Assembly (NCBI GenBank): GCA_963724765.1
Contig: CAVRVY010000004.1
Coordinates: 832,001-896,000 of the forward strand
Direction: 5' to 3'
DNA from: an uncultured delta proteobacterium
Lineage (GTDB): Bacteria > Desulfobacterota > Binatia > Binatales > Binataceae
Length of the DNA stretch: 64,000 bases
The position numbers were made by a program, and so were the translations under genes. How positions within the stretch are numbered: position 1 is the first letter of the stretch; each line of letters opens with the position of its first letter. A model generated the notes under the pieces. The model saw only the letters and a list, made by a program, of their open reading frames with translations, searched no databases and had not been told where the DNA came from. Below are positions 51,380 to 61,679 of the stretch, piece after piece.

Positions 51380-52729
51380 TTACGGCGCGGTGAGCGCTTC
51401 GACTTCGTCGATCGTCTTGGGAATCGCCGCGGTCAGCACTTCGTGGCCCTCCGCGGTGACCAGGACGTCATCCTCGATCCGGATGCCGACGCCGCGCATC
51501 GGCTCGGGCGCGCTCTCGTCGTCGGGCGCAATGTAGATCCCCGGCTCGACCGTCAACACCATCGAAGGCTCGAGCGCGCGCGAGCCTCCGCCGACGCGGT
51601 ACAGCCCCACGTCATGCACGTCCATCCCGAGCCAGTGGCTCGTCCGATGCATGTAGTAGCGGCGATACGTCGCGGTCGCGATCGCGTCGTCGAGCGGCCC
51701 CTTGACGAGGCCGAGCTCGATCATGCCCTCGACCAGCACGCGCAGAGCGGCTGCATGCACGTCGTCAAAGCGCACGCCCGGCTTTATCGATTCGATCCCG
51801 CGCCGCTGCGCTTCGAGCACGACCGAGTAGAGCGCGCGCTGCGCGGGGTTGAAACGCGTGCCGACCGGAAAGGTGCGGGTCACGTCGGAGGCGTAAAAGT
51901 CGACTTCGCATCCCGCGTCGATCAGCAGCAGATCGCCGCCTACCATCTTGCGGTCGTTGTGGATGTAGTGGAGCGTCGCGGCGTTCGGACCCGAAGCGAT
52001 GATCGACGGATAGCTGGGGCCGGCTGCGCCGCGCGAGCGAAACGCGTAGTCGACAAGCGCTTCGATCTCCCACTCCATCATCCCGCCTCGCGCCCGGCGC
52101 ATCGCGTCCTTGTGCGCCTCGCACGAAATCGCAACCGCACGGCGCATCGCGTCGAGCTCCTCGGGCCGCTTCTTCAGCCGCGCCTCATGGATTAGCTCGC
52201 GCGGATCGAGCATCGCCACCGGTCCCGAGCCGGTCCGCGGCCGCATCGCCTGCGCCCCGCGAATCAACTCGAGCACCCGCGCATTCATCCGCTCGTTGTT
52301 GCCGAGCGGGTAGTAAACGCGCTCGACGCCTTCGAGATAGCGCGGCAGCACACGGTCCAATTCGTCGATGACGTAGGCCTTGTCGGCGCCGTAATCGAGC
52401 ATCGCGCCTTCGACCCCGGCGCGCCGTCCGGTCCAGGTCTCGCGCTCGCGATCGCGCGGCCGCACGAACATCACGAATTCGCCGTCCTTGTGGCCCGGGG
52501 CGAACAGCGCCACCGACTCGGGCTCGGCAAACCCGGTCAGGTAGTAGAAATCATTGTCCTGGCGATAGACGAACTCTACGTCATTGGAGCGCACCGCGAC
52601 CGGCGCGCTCGGCACAATCGCGGCCGCCGCGCCGATCTCCGCCATGAAGCGCGCGCGCCGCTCTTTGAAAATCTCCGTGCGGCCGTTGGGATTCGTTTCA
52701 CTCACGCCGCCGCTCCCCGTCTGCGCCAT
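51380..52729 (-). CDS. pepP: Xaa-Pro aminopeptidase P
   Basis: YRQDNDFYYLTGF, LLIDAG, YASDVTRTFP, HWLGMDVHD, TVEPGIY, GIRIEDD. Confidence 0.93.
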   Translation of the reverse strand: MAQTGSGGVSETNPNGRTEIFKERRARFMAEIGAAAAIVPSAPVAVRSNDVEFVYRQDNDFYYLTGFAEPESVALFAPGHKDGEFVMFVRPRDRERETWTGRRAGVEGAMLDYGADKAYVIDELDRVLPRYLEGVERVYYPLGNNERMNARVLELIRGAQAMRPRTGSGPVAMLDPRELIHEARLKKRPEELDAMRRAVAISCEAHKDAMRRARGGMMEWEIEALVDYAFRSRGAAGPSYPSIIASGPNAATLHYIHNDRKMVGGDLLLIDAGCEVDFYASDVTRTFPVGTRFNPAQRALYSVVLEAQRRGIESIKPGVRFDDVHAAALRVLVEGMIELGLVKGPLDDAIATATYRRYYMHRTSHWLGMDVHDVGLYRVGGGSRALEPSMVLTVEPGIYIAPDDESAPEPMRGVGIRIEDDVLVTAEGHEVLTAAIPKTIDEVEALTAP

Positions 52730-52732
52730 CGC

Positions 52733-53575
52733 CTACGGAAAACCTGCGCCGGCAACCTCGACCTCCGTGGTCTCGATCCGCGAGTTGCGCTTGGCGCGGA
52801 GCACGTCGGGGTCGATCGACTCTGACGTGAGCAAAAAAAGCGTACGGCGCCCGGGACCGCCGAGCATGCATGCGATCGGCATCTGCTCGCGCGTGATCCG
52901 CTCGGTCACCTGACCGCCCTGCTTCACCCGCAACAGCTCGTGGGTAAATGGCGAGGCCACCCAAATCGCGCCCTCGGCGTCGAGCGCGATTCCGTCGGGC
53001 ACCCCCTCGCCCAGCTCGGCCCACACGCGGCGGTTGGTGAGCGTGCCGTCGGCGGCAATGTCGAACGCAGTCAACCGATGGCCCATCGTCTCGCCCACCA
53101 CCAGTGTCTTGCCGTCGGGCGTGATCACGCTGCCGTTGGGAAACTCAAGATCGCGCGCCACCACGCGCGCCGCGCCGTTGGGCTCGACCATCACCAGCTC
53201 GGCCGGCTTCTGCGGCGCATGCGAAATGATGTCGTAGCCGAAATTGCCGACGTAGGCACGGCCGCGGCCGTCGACCACCATGTCGTTGCAATGATACGAG
53301 GCGAGCGCGCTGAGGTCGGCGTGCAGCTTGAGCCCGACGGCCTCGTGGCGCAGCAGCTTGCGGTCGGTCATCGAGACCACCAGCATCCGCCCGTCCGCAA
53401 GCCATCCCAGGCCCGAGGGCCATGCCGCGACTTCAGCGATCACCGTGTTGCGGCCTTGCATATCGACCGCGTTCACCGTATGCGCGTGCATGTCGGAGTA
53501 ATAGAGCTTCCCATCATGCCATCGCGGCCCTTCGCCGAAAGCCAGGTTGTCCAGCAATGCTTTGAATTGTCTCAT
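52733..53575 (-). CDS. SMP-30/gluconolactonase/LRE family protein
   Basis: FGEGPRW, CNDMVVD, FPNG, PDGIALDAEG. Confidence 0.9.
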   Translation of the reverse strand: MRQFKALLDNLAFGEGPRWHDGKLYYSDMHAHTVNAVDMQGRNTVIAEVAAWPSGLGWLADGRMLVVSMTDRKLLRHEAVGLKLHADLSALASYHCNDMVVDGRGRAYVGNFGYDIISHAPQKPAELVMVEPNGAARVVARDLEFPNGSVITPDGKTLVVGETMGHRLTAFDIAADGTLTNRRVWAELGEGVPDGIALDAEGAIWVASPFTHELLRVKQGGQVTERITREQMPIACMLGGPGRRTLFLLTSESIDPDVLRAKRNSRIETTEVEVAGAGFP

Positions 53576-53624
53576 GGCTCCTCCGGAACAATTAGTGCCT
53601 GCGCGTAACCGTATTGCGTAATTG

Positions 53625-54863
53625 CTATTCCAACGCGCCGGCCGCACGCAGTTGTGCAACCTCGTCGGCACTATAGCCTAGCACCTGCGTGAGCACTTCG
53701 TCGGTATGCTGTCCGATAAGCGGCGCCGGCGCGCGAACCCCGCTTTCGGTGCGGCTCATCCGCCACGGGATTCCGCAATGCTGCTGCACGCCGACTTCAG
53801 GGTGGTCGAGGTAGACCCAGTAGCCGCGCTCCTTCAAATGAGGATCCTCGGAGACGAACTTGTTGGGCGCGCATACGGCCGCCGCCACGCCGGCAGCCTG
53901 GAGGATTTGTTCCGCCTCGGCGGCGCTGCGCTGCGAGGTCCACGCGGTGATCGCGGCCTCGAGATCGTCCTCGTTGTGCTTGCGCGCCGCGGCGGTAGCG
54001 AAGCGCGCATCGCGCGCCATCTCGGGCCGTCCGATCGCGCCCGCCAACCGGCCGAACTCGGCGTCGTCGGCGGCCACGATCGACACCCACATGTCGATTA
54101 TGATGCCGGTGTTCTCGAATCGATCCCTGGACGGGAAAATGCCGTGGGGCGCGATCAGCGGATCGCGATTTCCGTCGCGCGCGGGCTCGTGCCCGTTCAT
54201 CGTGTAGTCCATTATTCCTTCGGGCAGCAGCCCCATCGCGCACTCCCACTGGCTCATGTCGATGTACTGGCCTTCGCCGGTTTTCTTGCGATGGTAGAGC
54301 GCGGCCAGGAGCGCGAACGCGCCATGCACGCCGGCATTGGGATCGGCGTAGCTGAAACCGGTATGCATCGGCCGCCATCCCTTGTAGCCGGTGAGCGAGG
54401 AGAAGCCCGAGAGCGGCACCTGCGCCGGCCCATAGGCGACGTATTCGTGGTACGGTCCCGTGTCGCCATAGCCGGAGAGCGAGATCATGATGAGGTCGGG
54501 CTTGATCTTGCAAAGCGCCTCGTAACCCAGTCCCAGCCTTTCCATCACGCCGGAGGCGAAATTGTTGGTGACTATGTCACTCGCCTCGACCAAGCGGCGC
54601 GCGACATCGAGCGCACCCGGCTTCGCGTAGTTCAGCGTCAGCGAGCGCTTGCCCTGGTTATACTGGTTGAAGTAGCCGGAGCGATTGATGCCGGGTTTGC
54701 CCTCGGGCCACGGCGGCAGCATCCGCGTCACGCACGGCCGCGTGCGGGTCTCGATGCGAATTACATCGGCGCCGAGATGGGCGAGCTGGAGCGTGCAGTA
54801 CGGCCCCGCCCATACCCAGGTGAAGTCGGCAATTCTCACGCCTTCAAGTGGAAGCTTCGCCAT
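53625..54863 (-). CDS. family III CoA transferase (CaiB/BaiF), catalytic subunit
   Basis: PLEGVRIADFTWVWAGP, NQGKRS, SYADPNAG with the active-site Asp. Confidence 0.92.
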   Translation of the reverse strand: MAKLPLEGVRIADFTWVWAGPYCTLQLAHLGADVIRIETRTRPCVTRMLPPWPEGKPGINRSGYFNQYNQGKRSLTLNYAKPGALDVARRLVEASDIVTNNFASGVMERLGLGYEALCKIKPDLIMISLSGYGDTGPYHEYVAYGPAQVPLSGFSSLTGYKGWRPMHTGFSYADPNAGVHGAFALLAALYHRKKTGEGQYIDMSQWECAMGLLPEGIMDYTMNGHEPARDGNRDPLIAPHGIFPSRDRFENTGIIIDMWVSIVAADDAEFGRLAGAIGRPEMARDARFATAAARKHNEDDLEAAITAWTSQRSAAEAEQILQAAGVAAAVCAPNKFVSEDPHLKERGYWVYLDHPEVGVQQHCGIPWRMSRTESGVRAPAPLIGQHTDEVLTQVLGYSADEVAQLRAAGALE

Positions 54864-54913
54864 CGTTTAATCTCTATTTGCTCTCGCCGTGGCGCTCGCG
54901 TCACACTGCGCGC

Positions 54914-56122
54914 TCAGATCACTCCCGCGCGCCGCAACCCGTCGATATGCGCCGGTTCCAAGCCCAGGCGCGCGCCGAAAATCTCCTCGTTATGCTGCCC
55001 GAGCGTCGGCGCCGGGCGGCGAATCTCCCACGGGGTGCGGCCGTACTTGAGCGGCGCGCCGGGATACTTGTGCGTGCCTGCCACGGGATGCGCTATCTCA
55101 ACAAAGAAGCCGCGCTTTTTCAGATGATCGGAGCTGAGCAGATCGCCCATGGTCGAGACCGGCGCGAAGGGGATACGCCGCGCCTGCGCTTTCTTGTAGA
55201 GCTCGAGCGCGCTCTGATCCTTGATCCAGTCCTCCAGAAAAACCTTGAGCGCGTCCCAGTTGACACCGCGTTTGAGCCGGTCAGCGAAAATCTCTTCCGA
55301 CGCCCACTCCGGATTGCCCATCAGCTCGACGAAATTGCGCCACTGATGCTCCTCGACGCAGCAGACGAAAATATAACCGTCGCGGCATTCCATCACTTCG
55401 AGCGGCTGGATTGGCTTCTGCCCCAGCCGCGACGCGACCATATTCATGTAGGGCCAGAATTCGAAGAACATCTCCATCTCGGCGGCCAGCGATTCGTAAA
55501 TCGAAACCTCAACGTGTTGGCCTTCGCCGTCGCGCACTTGCGCGAACACCGCGCCCATCGTCGCGACCGCCGCATGCGCTCCGCCCTGGAAGCCGGCCTG
55601 CTGGCCGAAGGTCTTGAGCGGCGGCAACTCGGGATACTGCCAGCCGCCGCCGTTGACGTAGCAGACGCCGCCCGCGCTCCACAGCGTCAGATCTTCGGCG
55701 CGCCAATCGCGCTTGGGCCCGCTTAACCCCCACGGCGAAATCGAGGTCATCACCAGACGCGGATTGCGGGTGCGCAGGCGTTCGAAGCTGAGCCCGATAC
55801 GGTCCATATCGGCCGGCGCGACGTTGTGAATGAGAACGTCGGCGTCGGCGGTTAACCGTTCGAGCAACGCGAAGCCCTCGGGAAGCGCCAGGTCGAGCGT
55901 GACCCCGAGCTTGTTGGTATTGAGGTAAAGATAGAGGCCGCTTTTTTCCGGATGCGTCTCGCCGCCGGGAAACGGGCCGCGCGAGCGCGCGCGGTCGCCG
56001 GCGCCCGGCCGCTCGATTTTGATCACCTCCGCTCCCATGTCGGCCATCAGCTTGGCCGCGTAGGGAGCGGCGACCATCTCGCCCAATTCGACGACTTTAA
56101 GCCCTGAGAGCGCGCCGGCCAT
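54914..56122 (-). CDS. family III CoA transferase, probable non-catalytic subunit
   Basis: LSGLKVVELG, DMGAEVIKIE, LNTNK; the Asp position reads QQAGFQGG. Confidence 0.88.
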   Translation of the reverse strand: MAGALSGLKVVELGEMVAAPYAAKLMADMGAEVIKIERPGAGDRARSRGPFPGGETHPEKSGLYLYLNTNKLGVTLDLALPEGFALLERLTADADVLIHNVAPADMDRIGLSFERLRTRNPRLVMTSISPWGLSGPKRDWRAEDLTLWSAGGVCYVNGGGWQYPELPPLKTFGQQAGFQGGAHAAVATMGAVFAQVRDGEGQHVEVSIYESLAAEMEMFFEFWPYMNMVASRLGQKPIQPLEVMECRDGYIFVCCVEEHQWRNFVELMGNPEWASEEIFADRLKRGVNWDALKVFLEDWIKDQSALELYKKAQARRIPFAPVSTMGDLLSSDHLKKRGFFVEIAHPVAGTHKYPGAPLKYGRTPWEIRRPAPTLGQHNEEIFGARLGLEPAHIDGLRRAGVI

Positions 56123-56139
56123 TGCTACGCACCACCCGA

Positions 56140-56412
56140 TTATTCGGGCAACACCTTGCGGAACGGCTTGACCTCGACTCGCTCGAACACGCCGTCGCGA
56201 GCGTACGGATCGTTGCTCGCGAATTCGAGCGCCGCCGCCTCGCTCTCCATGTCGACGATGATCAGGCTGCCGCTGCCGTCAGTGAACGGGCCGCCGATTA
56301 GCATCTTGCCGCTCTGGGCGACCGGCCCCACGTACGCGAGATGGCGCGGACGCACCGTGGGCCTGAGCGCGGCGCCGTTGGGTCCGTCGTGGCCGATGAT
56401 CACGAACAACAT
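56140..56412 (-). CDS. YciI family protein
   Basis: RPRHLAY, GGP, GSLII, NDPY. Confidence 0.88.
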   Translation of the reverse strand: MLFVIIGHDGPNGAALRPTVRPRHLAYVGPVAQSGKMLIGGPFTDGSGSLIIVDMESEAAALEFASNDPYARDGVFERVEVKPFRKVLPE

Positions 56413-56490
56413 GCTGTTCCTCCTGCCCAGCGCGAAGTTAGCATGCACGCCGCGCGCCGCCCAAGCGCCGTCAAGGGGTTCGGGTGCGCG

Positions 56491-57276
56491 TCAGGTGGCC
56501 GAAATAGCGCCGTAGCCGGTGTAGTAAATCATGAAATACGCAGCGCCCAGCGCAAACAGCGCCACGGTTGCCGCGACGTCGCTCGGTTCGACCGGGTAGT
56601 CGATGAAACTGGTCGGCTGACGGCTCATCCCGAAGCCGCGCGCCTCCAGTGCCATCGCCATCGAATTGGCCTTGCGCAACGCTCCCATGAAAACAGGAAT
56701 CAGGACTGGCACGTAGCGTTTAACTCGCTCCAGCGGGCCACCGCGATTGAAATCGTAGCCGCGCAGGTTCTGCGCCTGAACCACGGTGAGCGCCGAATCG
56801 ATGAACAGCGGCACCAGGCGGAACGAAAGCGTGATCGCGAAGCCTACGCGGTAGGGTACGCCCAAACGCGCGAGGCCGGCGGTGAATTCCTCGACCTTGG
56901 TGGTCGACAGGAACAGCACCGAGGTCGCGAGCAGTTCGGCCAGCTTCAGACCGCGCCCCAGCCCGAACACCAGCGACGCACGGCTCAGATGGATGAGCGG
57001 CAGATTTATCAGCGCCGGCCCCTTGCGATAGAAAACCATCCAGGCGAGCGTGGTGGACAGGATCACCAGGATGAAGAGCCAGCGCAGGCGATAAAAGTTC
57101 GGCCAGGCGCCGGTGAACTCCGCGAGCGCCAGCATCACCAGCCCGAGCGGCAGCAGGGCCAGCGGATGGTCGACCCAGTAGACCGACCAGAACATCACGA
57201 ACAGCGCAAAAACCTTGACCGTCGGATGGAGCCGATGGATGAAGGTGGCGCGCTCGATGTAGAGAAAGATCGGCAT
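56491..57276 (-). CDS. ecfT: ECF transporter transmembrane component T
   Basis: HRLHPTVK, SFRLVP, AQNLRG, ALEARGF motifs. Confidence 0.92.
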   Translation of the reverse strand: MPIFLYIERATFIHRLHPTVKVFALFVMFWSVYWVDHPLALLPLGLVMLALAEFTGAWPNFYRLRWLFILVILSTTLAWMVFYRKGPALINLPLIHLSRASLVFGLGRGLKLAELLATSVLFLSTTKVEEFTAGLARLGVPYRVGFAITLSFRLVPLFIDSALTVVQAQNLRGYDFNRGGPLERVKRYVPVLIPVFMGALRKANSMAMALEARGFGMSRQPTSFIDYPVEPSDVAATVALFALGAAYFMIYYTGYGAISAT

Positions 57277-57277
57277 T

Positions 57278-59047
57278 TCAGCTCTGCGCTCTCAGCCACG
57301 CGGCGAGTTCGTCGGGCCCAAGCGCGACCGTGCCGAAGCGGCGCGAAAGCTCGGTCGCCTCGGGCGCGCGAAACGACGAGGAGGCGAGCAACTCGTCGTG
57401 GGCGAAAAATTCGCGCACGCCGCCGTCGAAGAGCTTGCGCCCGCCGCGGATCAGGACCACGCGGCGCGCGTACTCGGCGACCAGCCACGGCGTATGCGTG
57501 ATCATCACGATCGCGATTCCGTCGCGGTTGAGATCGGTCACCAGCGCCATCATGCGGCGCTGCTCGCGATAGTCGAGACCAGTAGTCGGCTCGTCGAGAA
57601 TCAGCAGGCGCGGGCGCAACGCGAGCACGCTCGCCACTGCCAGGCGCTGGCGCTCGCCCTTGCTAAGCAGGAATGGGTCGAGCGCGCGCGCATCCTGAAG
57701 CCCCACCGCGCGAAGGACTTCGCCACATCGGCGTTGAATCTCGCCGGGCGCGAGGTCGAAGTTGCGCGGCCCAAAAGCTACCTCGTCCTCGACGGTCGCG
57801 GCGAAAATCTGATTGTCGGGATTTTGGAAAACGTAGCCGACCTCGGCGGCGGTCTCTGCCGGGCGCATCGTGGTGCGGTCGCGTCCGTTGAGCATTACAG
57901 CGCCCGCGATGGGCCGCAGCAGGCCGACCAGATGCTTGGCCAGCGTGGTCTTCCCCGAGCCGTTCTGGCCGATGATCGCGACGAATTCGCCCGGGGCGAT
58001 CCGCAGATCGATCGAATCGAGCACCGGCGGCCCGTCCGGGTAGTTGAATTTGAGCGCGCGCACCTCGACCAGAGGATTTGCGCCATTGGCGATCGGCGCA
58101 TCCTGGGCACAAGCATCGGGGGCGGCGCCGGAAGGATGAGACGAAGCACCGAGATGTGGCAGCGCGCTGCGAATCAGCGCCTCGGCTTCATCCACGCTTG
58201 CGGCATGGGCCGCAATTCCCGAGGAGGCGAGCACGCGGTTCAGGTCGGGCGGATGAACTCCGCACTCCTCGAGCAGTTCGAGCCGCGTCATCAGATCGTG
58301 CGGCACGCCCTCGGCGATTATCTCTCCCTGGCGAAATAGCACCAGGCGATCGGCGCCGCGCAGTACCTCGGCCTCATGCTCGATCACGATCAGGCTGAAT
58401 CCCTGCTCGCGCAGGCTGCGAATCAGCGCGAAGATCTCGGCCTTGCCTTCGGGGTCAAGATCGGTGGTCGGCTCGTCGAGCACGATCACCGACGGGCGAA
58501 GCGCGAGCACCGAGGCGATCGCGAGCCGCTGCTTTTCGCCGCCCGAGAGCGAGGTCGGGTCGCGATGCTCGAAGCCGGCCAGGCCGACCGCCTCGAGCGC
58601 GGGGCGGATGCGGCGCGCCATCTCGCTGCGCTCCATCCCGACCTGCTCCATTGCGAACGCGACTTCGTGCGCGACGTTGGTGGAAAAGAGCTGCGCCTCG
58701 AAATCCTGGAAGACCATCCCGACCCGCGGCGCGACCTCGCAGACGCGCGCGCCGTCAAGCGAGCGGCCGCCGATTCGCACCACGCCTGCAAATGCACCGC
58801 CCTCGAACTCGGGCACGATCCGATTGAGGCACTTGGCGAGCGTCGACTTGCCCGCGCCGGACGCGCCCATCACACCGACCATCTCGCCTGCGGCGACCGT
58901 AAAGCTGATGCGGCTGAGTGCCGGACGCTCGCCCTCGTGATAGGTGAAGCTTACGCCTTCGAGCGCCACGGCGTGCGCGGCGGCGGCCGCACCGTCGTCC
59001 AGTCCTACTGCGCCGGACGCTCCGGAGGCGGGATTGCCGTCCTTCAC
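57278..59047 (-). CDS. ECF transporter fused double ATPase (A-A')
   Basis: Two NBDs: GASGAGKST/LSGGEKQR and GQNGSGKTT/LSKGERQR; start re-called at GTG overlapping the upstream stop. Confidence 0.92.
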   Translation of the reverse strand: MKDGNPASGASGAVGLDDGAAAAAHAVALEGVSFTYHEGERPALSRISFTVAAGEMVGVMGASGAGKSTLAKCLNRIVPEFEGGAFAGVVRIGGRSLDGARVCEVAPRVGMVFQDFEAQLFSTNVAHEVAFAMEQVGMERSEMARRIRPALEAVGLAGFEHRDPTSLSGGEKQRLAIASVLALRPSVIVLDEPTTDLDPEGKAEIFALIRSLREQGFSLIVIEHEAEVLRGADRLVLFRQGEIIAEGVPHDLMTRLELLEECGVHPPDLNRVLASSGIAAHAASVDEAEALIRSALPHLGASSHPSGAAPDACAQDAPIANGANPLVEVRALKFNYPDGPPVLDSIDLRIAPGEFVAIIGQNGSGKTTLAKHLVGLLRPIAGAVMLNGRDRTTMRPAETAAEVGYVFQNPDNQIFAATVEDEVAFGPRNFDLAPGEIQRRCGEVLRAVGLQDARALDPFLLSKGERQRLAVASVLALRPRLLILDEPTTGLDYREQRRMMALVTDLNRDGIAIVMITHTPWLVAEYARRVVLIRGGRKLFDGGVREFFAHDELLASSSFRAPEATELSRRFGTVALGPDELAAWLRAQS

Positions 59048-59829
59048 ATCAGCCCCACGCCCACCACGGCCAGCAGGATGAACGGGCTCACGACGATCGC
59101 GATCTCCTTGTCGTACGGCGCCTGCGTCATCGCCGCCGACAGAAACGACGGCGCCCAATAGCCGGTGGAAACCAGGTTGCCCATCAGCCACGCGCCCGCC
59201 TCGCCCGCCACCAGTATCGCGAGCCCGGCCGCGCGCACGCCCCATCGGCGCTCTTTGAACTCGGGCATCACGTCGGTATACAGCATCCGCCCGCGCGCCA
59301 CCCGGGGATAGACCGCGATCAGGATGAGCGGCGAGAGCACCAGGGCCGAGGCCATGTTGTTGAACACGATCACGTTGCCCAGGATGCTGAAGGGCCGCAG
59401 GCCGAGCAGGTTGTCGCCCCATCCGACGATATCGGCGCAAATCACGGAGGCGGCCAGACATGCCGCTACGTATTTGGCGATCGCTGCGGGCGAGCGCGTA
59501 ATCGGGCTCTGGCCTTGGGCGACCACGTTCCAGACCTTGTATGGGATGTATCCGTACAGGAGGTTGGCGAAGAAACCGAAAATGTCGCCAGGACCAACGC
59601 CGCCGAAGAAATCACCGATCATGTTGCCGATCGCCGAGCCCCAGGCCGCCGCCGGCCCGAACAGAAACGAGCACACGATCGGAATCGCATTGGCCGGACG
59701 CAATTCGGTGACGCCTGGGATGAGCGGCACCACTTTGAACGGCACCAGCACGGCGGCATAGAGCGCGGCCGAGATCGCGCATAGCACGACCATCCGGGTG
59801 TTGCGCCACATCGCGCCTAGCTCTCTCAT
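59044..59829 (-). CDS. ECF transporter S component, QueT-like
   Basis: AISAALYAA, ELRPANAI, LFGPAAAWGSAIGNMIGD; multiple TMs; operon with A and T components. Confidence 0.8.
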   Translation of the reverse strand: MRELGAMWRNTRMVVLCAISAALYAAVLVPFKVVPLIPGVTELRPANAIPIVCSFLFGPAAAWGSAIGNMIGDFFGGVGPGDIFGFFANLLYGYIPYKVWNVVAQGQSPITRSPAAIAKYVAACLAASVICADIVGWGDNLLGLRPFSILGNVIVFNNMASALVLSPLILIAVYPRVARGRMLYTDVMPEFKERRWGVRAAGLAILVAGEAGAWLMGNLVSTGYWAPSFLSAAMTQAPYDKEIAIVVSPFILLAVVGVGLM

Positions 59830-60004
59830 CGCGCGCGCTTTCCGCTCGGGTCCATCTCGACGCCAAGCAGTATCCTGCCGCCGATCCACTGATCAAGCGG
59901 GGGGTGGCGTACTTTCAATTTACGGACGCAGGGCGGCGCTCTTGCCCTCGCCGCGCGTGGAACGGAAAATCGAGGCGTACTCCGCCAGGTGGAGTTTTGC
60001 CGGA

Positions 60005-60373
60005 ATGCCGATCTACGAATATCAATGTGAGAAGTGTCGCAAGCGCACCAGCGTGCTCACGATGCGCGTGAGCGAGCGGGTCGAGGCGGTATGCAAGCAT
60101 TGCGGGAGCGCGCGGATGCGCCGTCTGATGTCGCGCTTCGCGACGCCGCGCAGCGAGGAGTCGCGGATGGATTCGCTGTCGGATCCCTCCGGCTTCTCCG
60201 ACGTCGACGAGAACGACCCCAAAAGTATCGCGCGTGCGCTCAGGAAAATGGGCAAGGAGATGGGCGACGAGATGGGCGGGCCGGAATTCGATGAAGCGGT
60301 GGACCAACTCGAGCGCGGCGGCGGTTTGGATGACGACGGCGGCGACGATGGCGGTGGCGGCGATGATCTGTAG
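60005..60373 (+). CDS. FmdB family zinc-ribbon protein
   Basis: MPIYEYQCEKC..CKHCGS..RRLMS. Confidence 0.9.
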   Translation: MPIYEYQCEKCRKRTSVLTMRVSERVEAVCKHCGSARMRRLMSRFATPRSEESRMDSLSDPSGFSDVDENDPKSIARALRKMGKEMGDEMGGPEFDEAVDQLERGGGLDDDGGDDGGGGDDL

Positions 60374-60417
60374 CTGTCAGCGACTGGCCGGTCCGGCCTG
60401 ATTCACTTCTTAACTCT

Positions 60418-61017
60418 TCACTTCTTCTTCACTGCCTCGACATCGATTGACACCGAGACTTCGTCGCCCACCACGGCGCCGCCGGCTTCGATCATCTTGT
60501 TCCACGTAAGCCCGAAGGCTTTGCGGCTGATCTTGGTGGTCGCGGACGCGCCGGCGCGTGTGTTGCCCCACGGATCCTTGATTGGCGCGGTCGGCCCATC
60601 AACCGCGAGCGTGACCTCCTTGGTGACGCCGTGGAGCGTGAGGTCGCCGACGACGTTCCACTTGCCGGGACCCGCCGGCTCAACCTTCTTCGACTTGAAG
60701 GTCATCCTTGGATACTTCGCGACGTCGAGGAAGTTGGCGCTCTTGAGGTCGGCGTCGCGGTCCGAGGAGCGCGTATCGATCGACGCGGTATCGATGGTCA
60801 CATCGATCGAAACCGATGCGGGATCGTTGCCCTTGGCGGTGATGGTGCCCGCGACTTTGTCGAACTGGCCCCTGACGCTCGAGATAGTCATGTGCCGCAC
60901 GGTGAAGCCGACGGTGGTGTGACCGGGATCGATCTGCCAGGTATCCGCCGACGCGGCGAGCGGGACAGCGATTACCAGCGCTAGTGCGATCAAACTTCGC
61001 AACATCCAGTTTTTCAT
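60418..61017 (-). CDS. YceI family lipid-binding protein
   Basis: Signal peptide, WQIDPGHT, RDADLKSANFLD, GDLTLHGVTK. Confidence 0.93.
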   Translation of the reverse strand: MKNWMLRSLIALALVIAVPLAASADTWQIDPGHTTVGFTVRHMTISSVRGQFDKVAGTITAKGNDPASVSIDVTIDTASIDTRSSDRDADLKSANFLDVAKYPRMTFKSKKVEPAGPGKWNVVGDLTLHGVTKEVTLAVDGPTAPIKDPWGNTRAGASATTKISRKAFGLTWNKMIEAGGAVVGDEVSVSIDVEAVKKK

Positions 61018-61080
61018 CAGCGCTCCCCAAGCCGGACACGGGCGTCCGTTTTTCCGTTCAACCCAAGAGCCAGTAGCAGT

Positions 61081-61560
61081 CTAGCCGGCCTCCAGCAACA
61101 CCACGGCGGCCGCCGCCATCCCTTCGCCGCGCCCGAGCGCGCCCAATCCTTCCGGACTCGAGGCCTTGACGTTGAGCATCGCCGGCTCCGCGCCGAGCGC
61201 GCCCGCCATCCGCTCCCGCATCGCGTCGACGTAAGGCGCAAGCCGCGGGCGCTGCGCGAAGATCGTAAGGTCGGCGTTGACCAGACGCCATCCGCGCCCG
61301 CTCGCGAGCTTCCAAACCTCGGCGAGCAGCGCGAGGCTATCGGCGTTCTTGTAGCGGGGGTCGCTGTCGGGGAAATGGCGGCCGAGGTCGCCCTCGCCCA
61401 GCGCGCCAAGGATGGCGTTGGCCAGCGCATGGGCGGCGACGTCGGCGTCGGAGTGTCCGTCGAGTCCCGTGTCATGGCGGATCGTTACGCCGCCGAGCTT
61501 GAGCGCGCGGCCCGGACGCATCGGATGGAAGTCGAAGCCCTGCCCCACCTTAAGCCGCAT
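61081..61560 (-). CDS. ispF: 2-C-methyl-D-erythritol 2,4-cyclodiphosphate synthase
   Basis: VGQGFDFH, GHSDADVAAHA, GDLGRHFPD, NVKA, GRGEG. Confidence 0.95.
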   Translation of the reverse strand: MRLKVGQGFDFHPMRPGRALKLGGVTIRHDTGLDGHSDADVAAHALANAILGALGEGDLGRHFPDSDPRYKNADSLALLAEVWKLASGRGWRLVNADLTIFAQRPRLAPYVDAMRERMAGALGAEPAMLNVKASSPEGLGALGRGEGMAAAAVVLLEAG

Positions 61561-61613
61561 CGCGCCCGCCCTTCAGTCCGCAGCGGATTCCACCGGGCAT
61601 CGCACCGAGCGCG

Positions 61614-61642
61614 TTGACAATACTTGGGACGGCGTCCAAGCT
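61614..61642 (+). promoter_or_regulatory. sigma70-type promoter
   Basis: TTGACA-17 nt-CAAGCT upstream of GGAGG RBS and GTG 61680. Confidence 0.5.
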
Positions 61643-61679
61643 TTGACGCAGTCCGTTGTTACGGGCGCCAGGAGGGGAC

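Noticed and set aside
59830-60004. preQ1 riboswitch upstream of the QueT-like gene
   Set aside because: No recognisable preQ1 stem or A-rich tail by eye; an Rfam scan would be decisive
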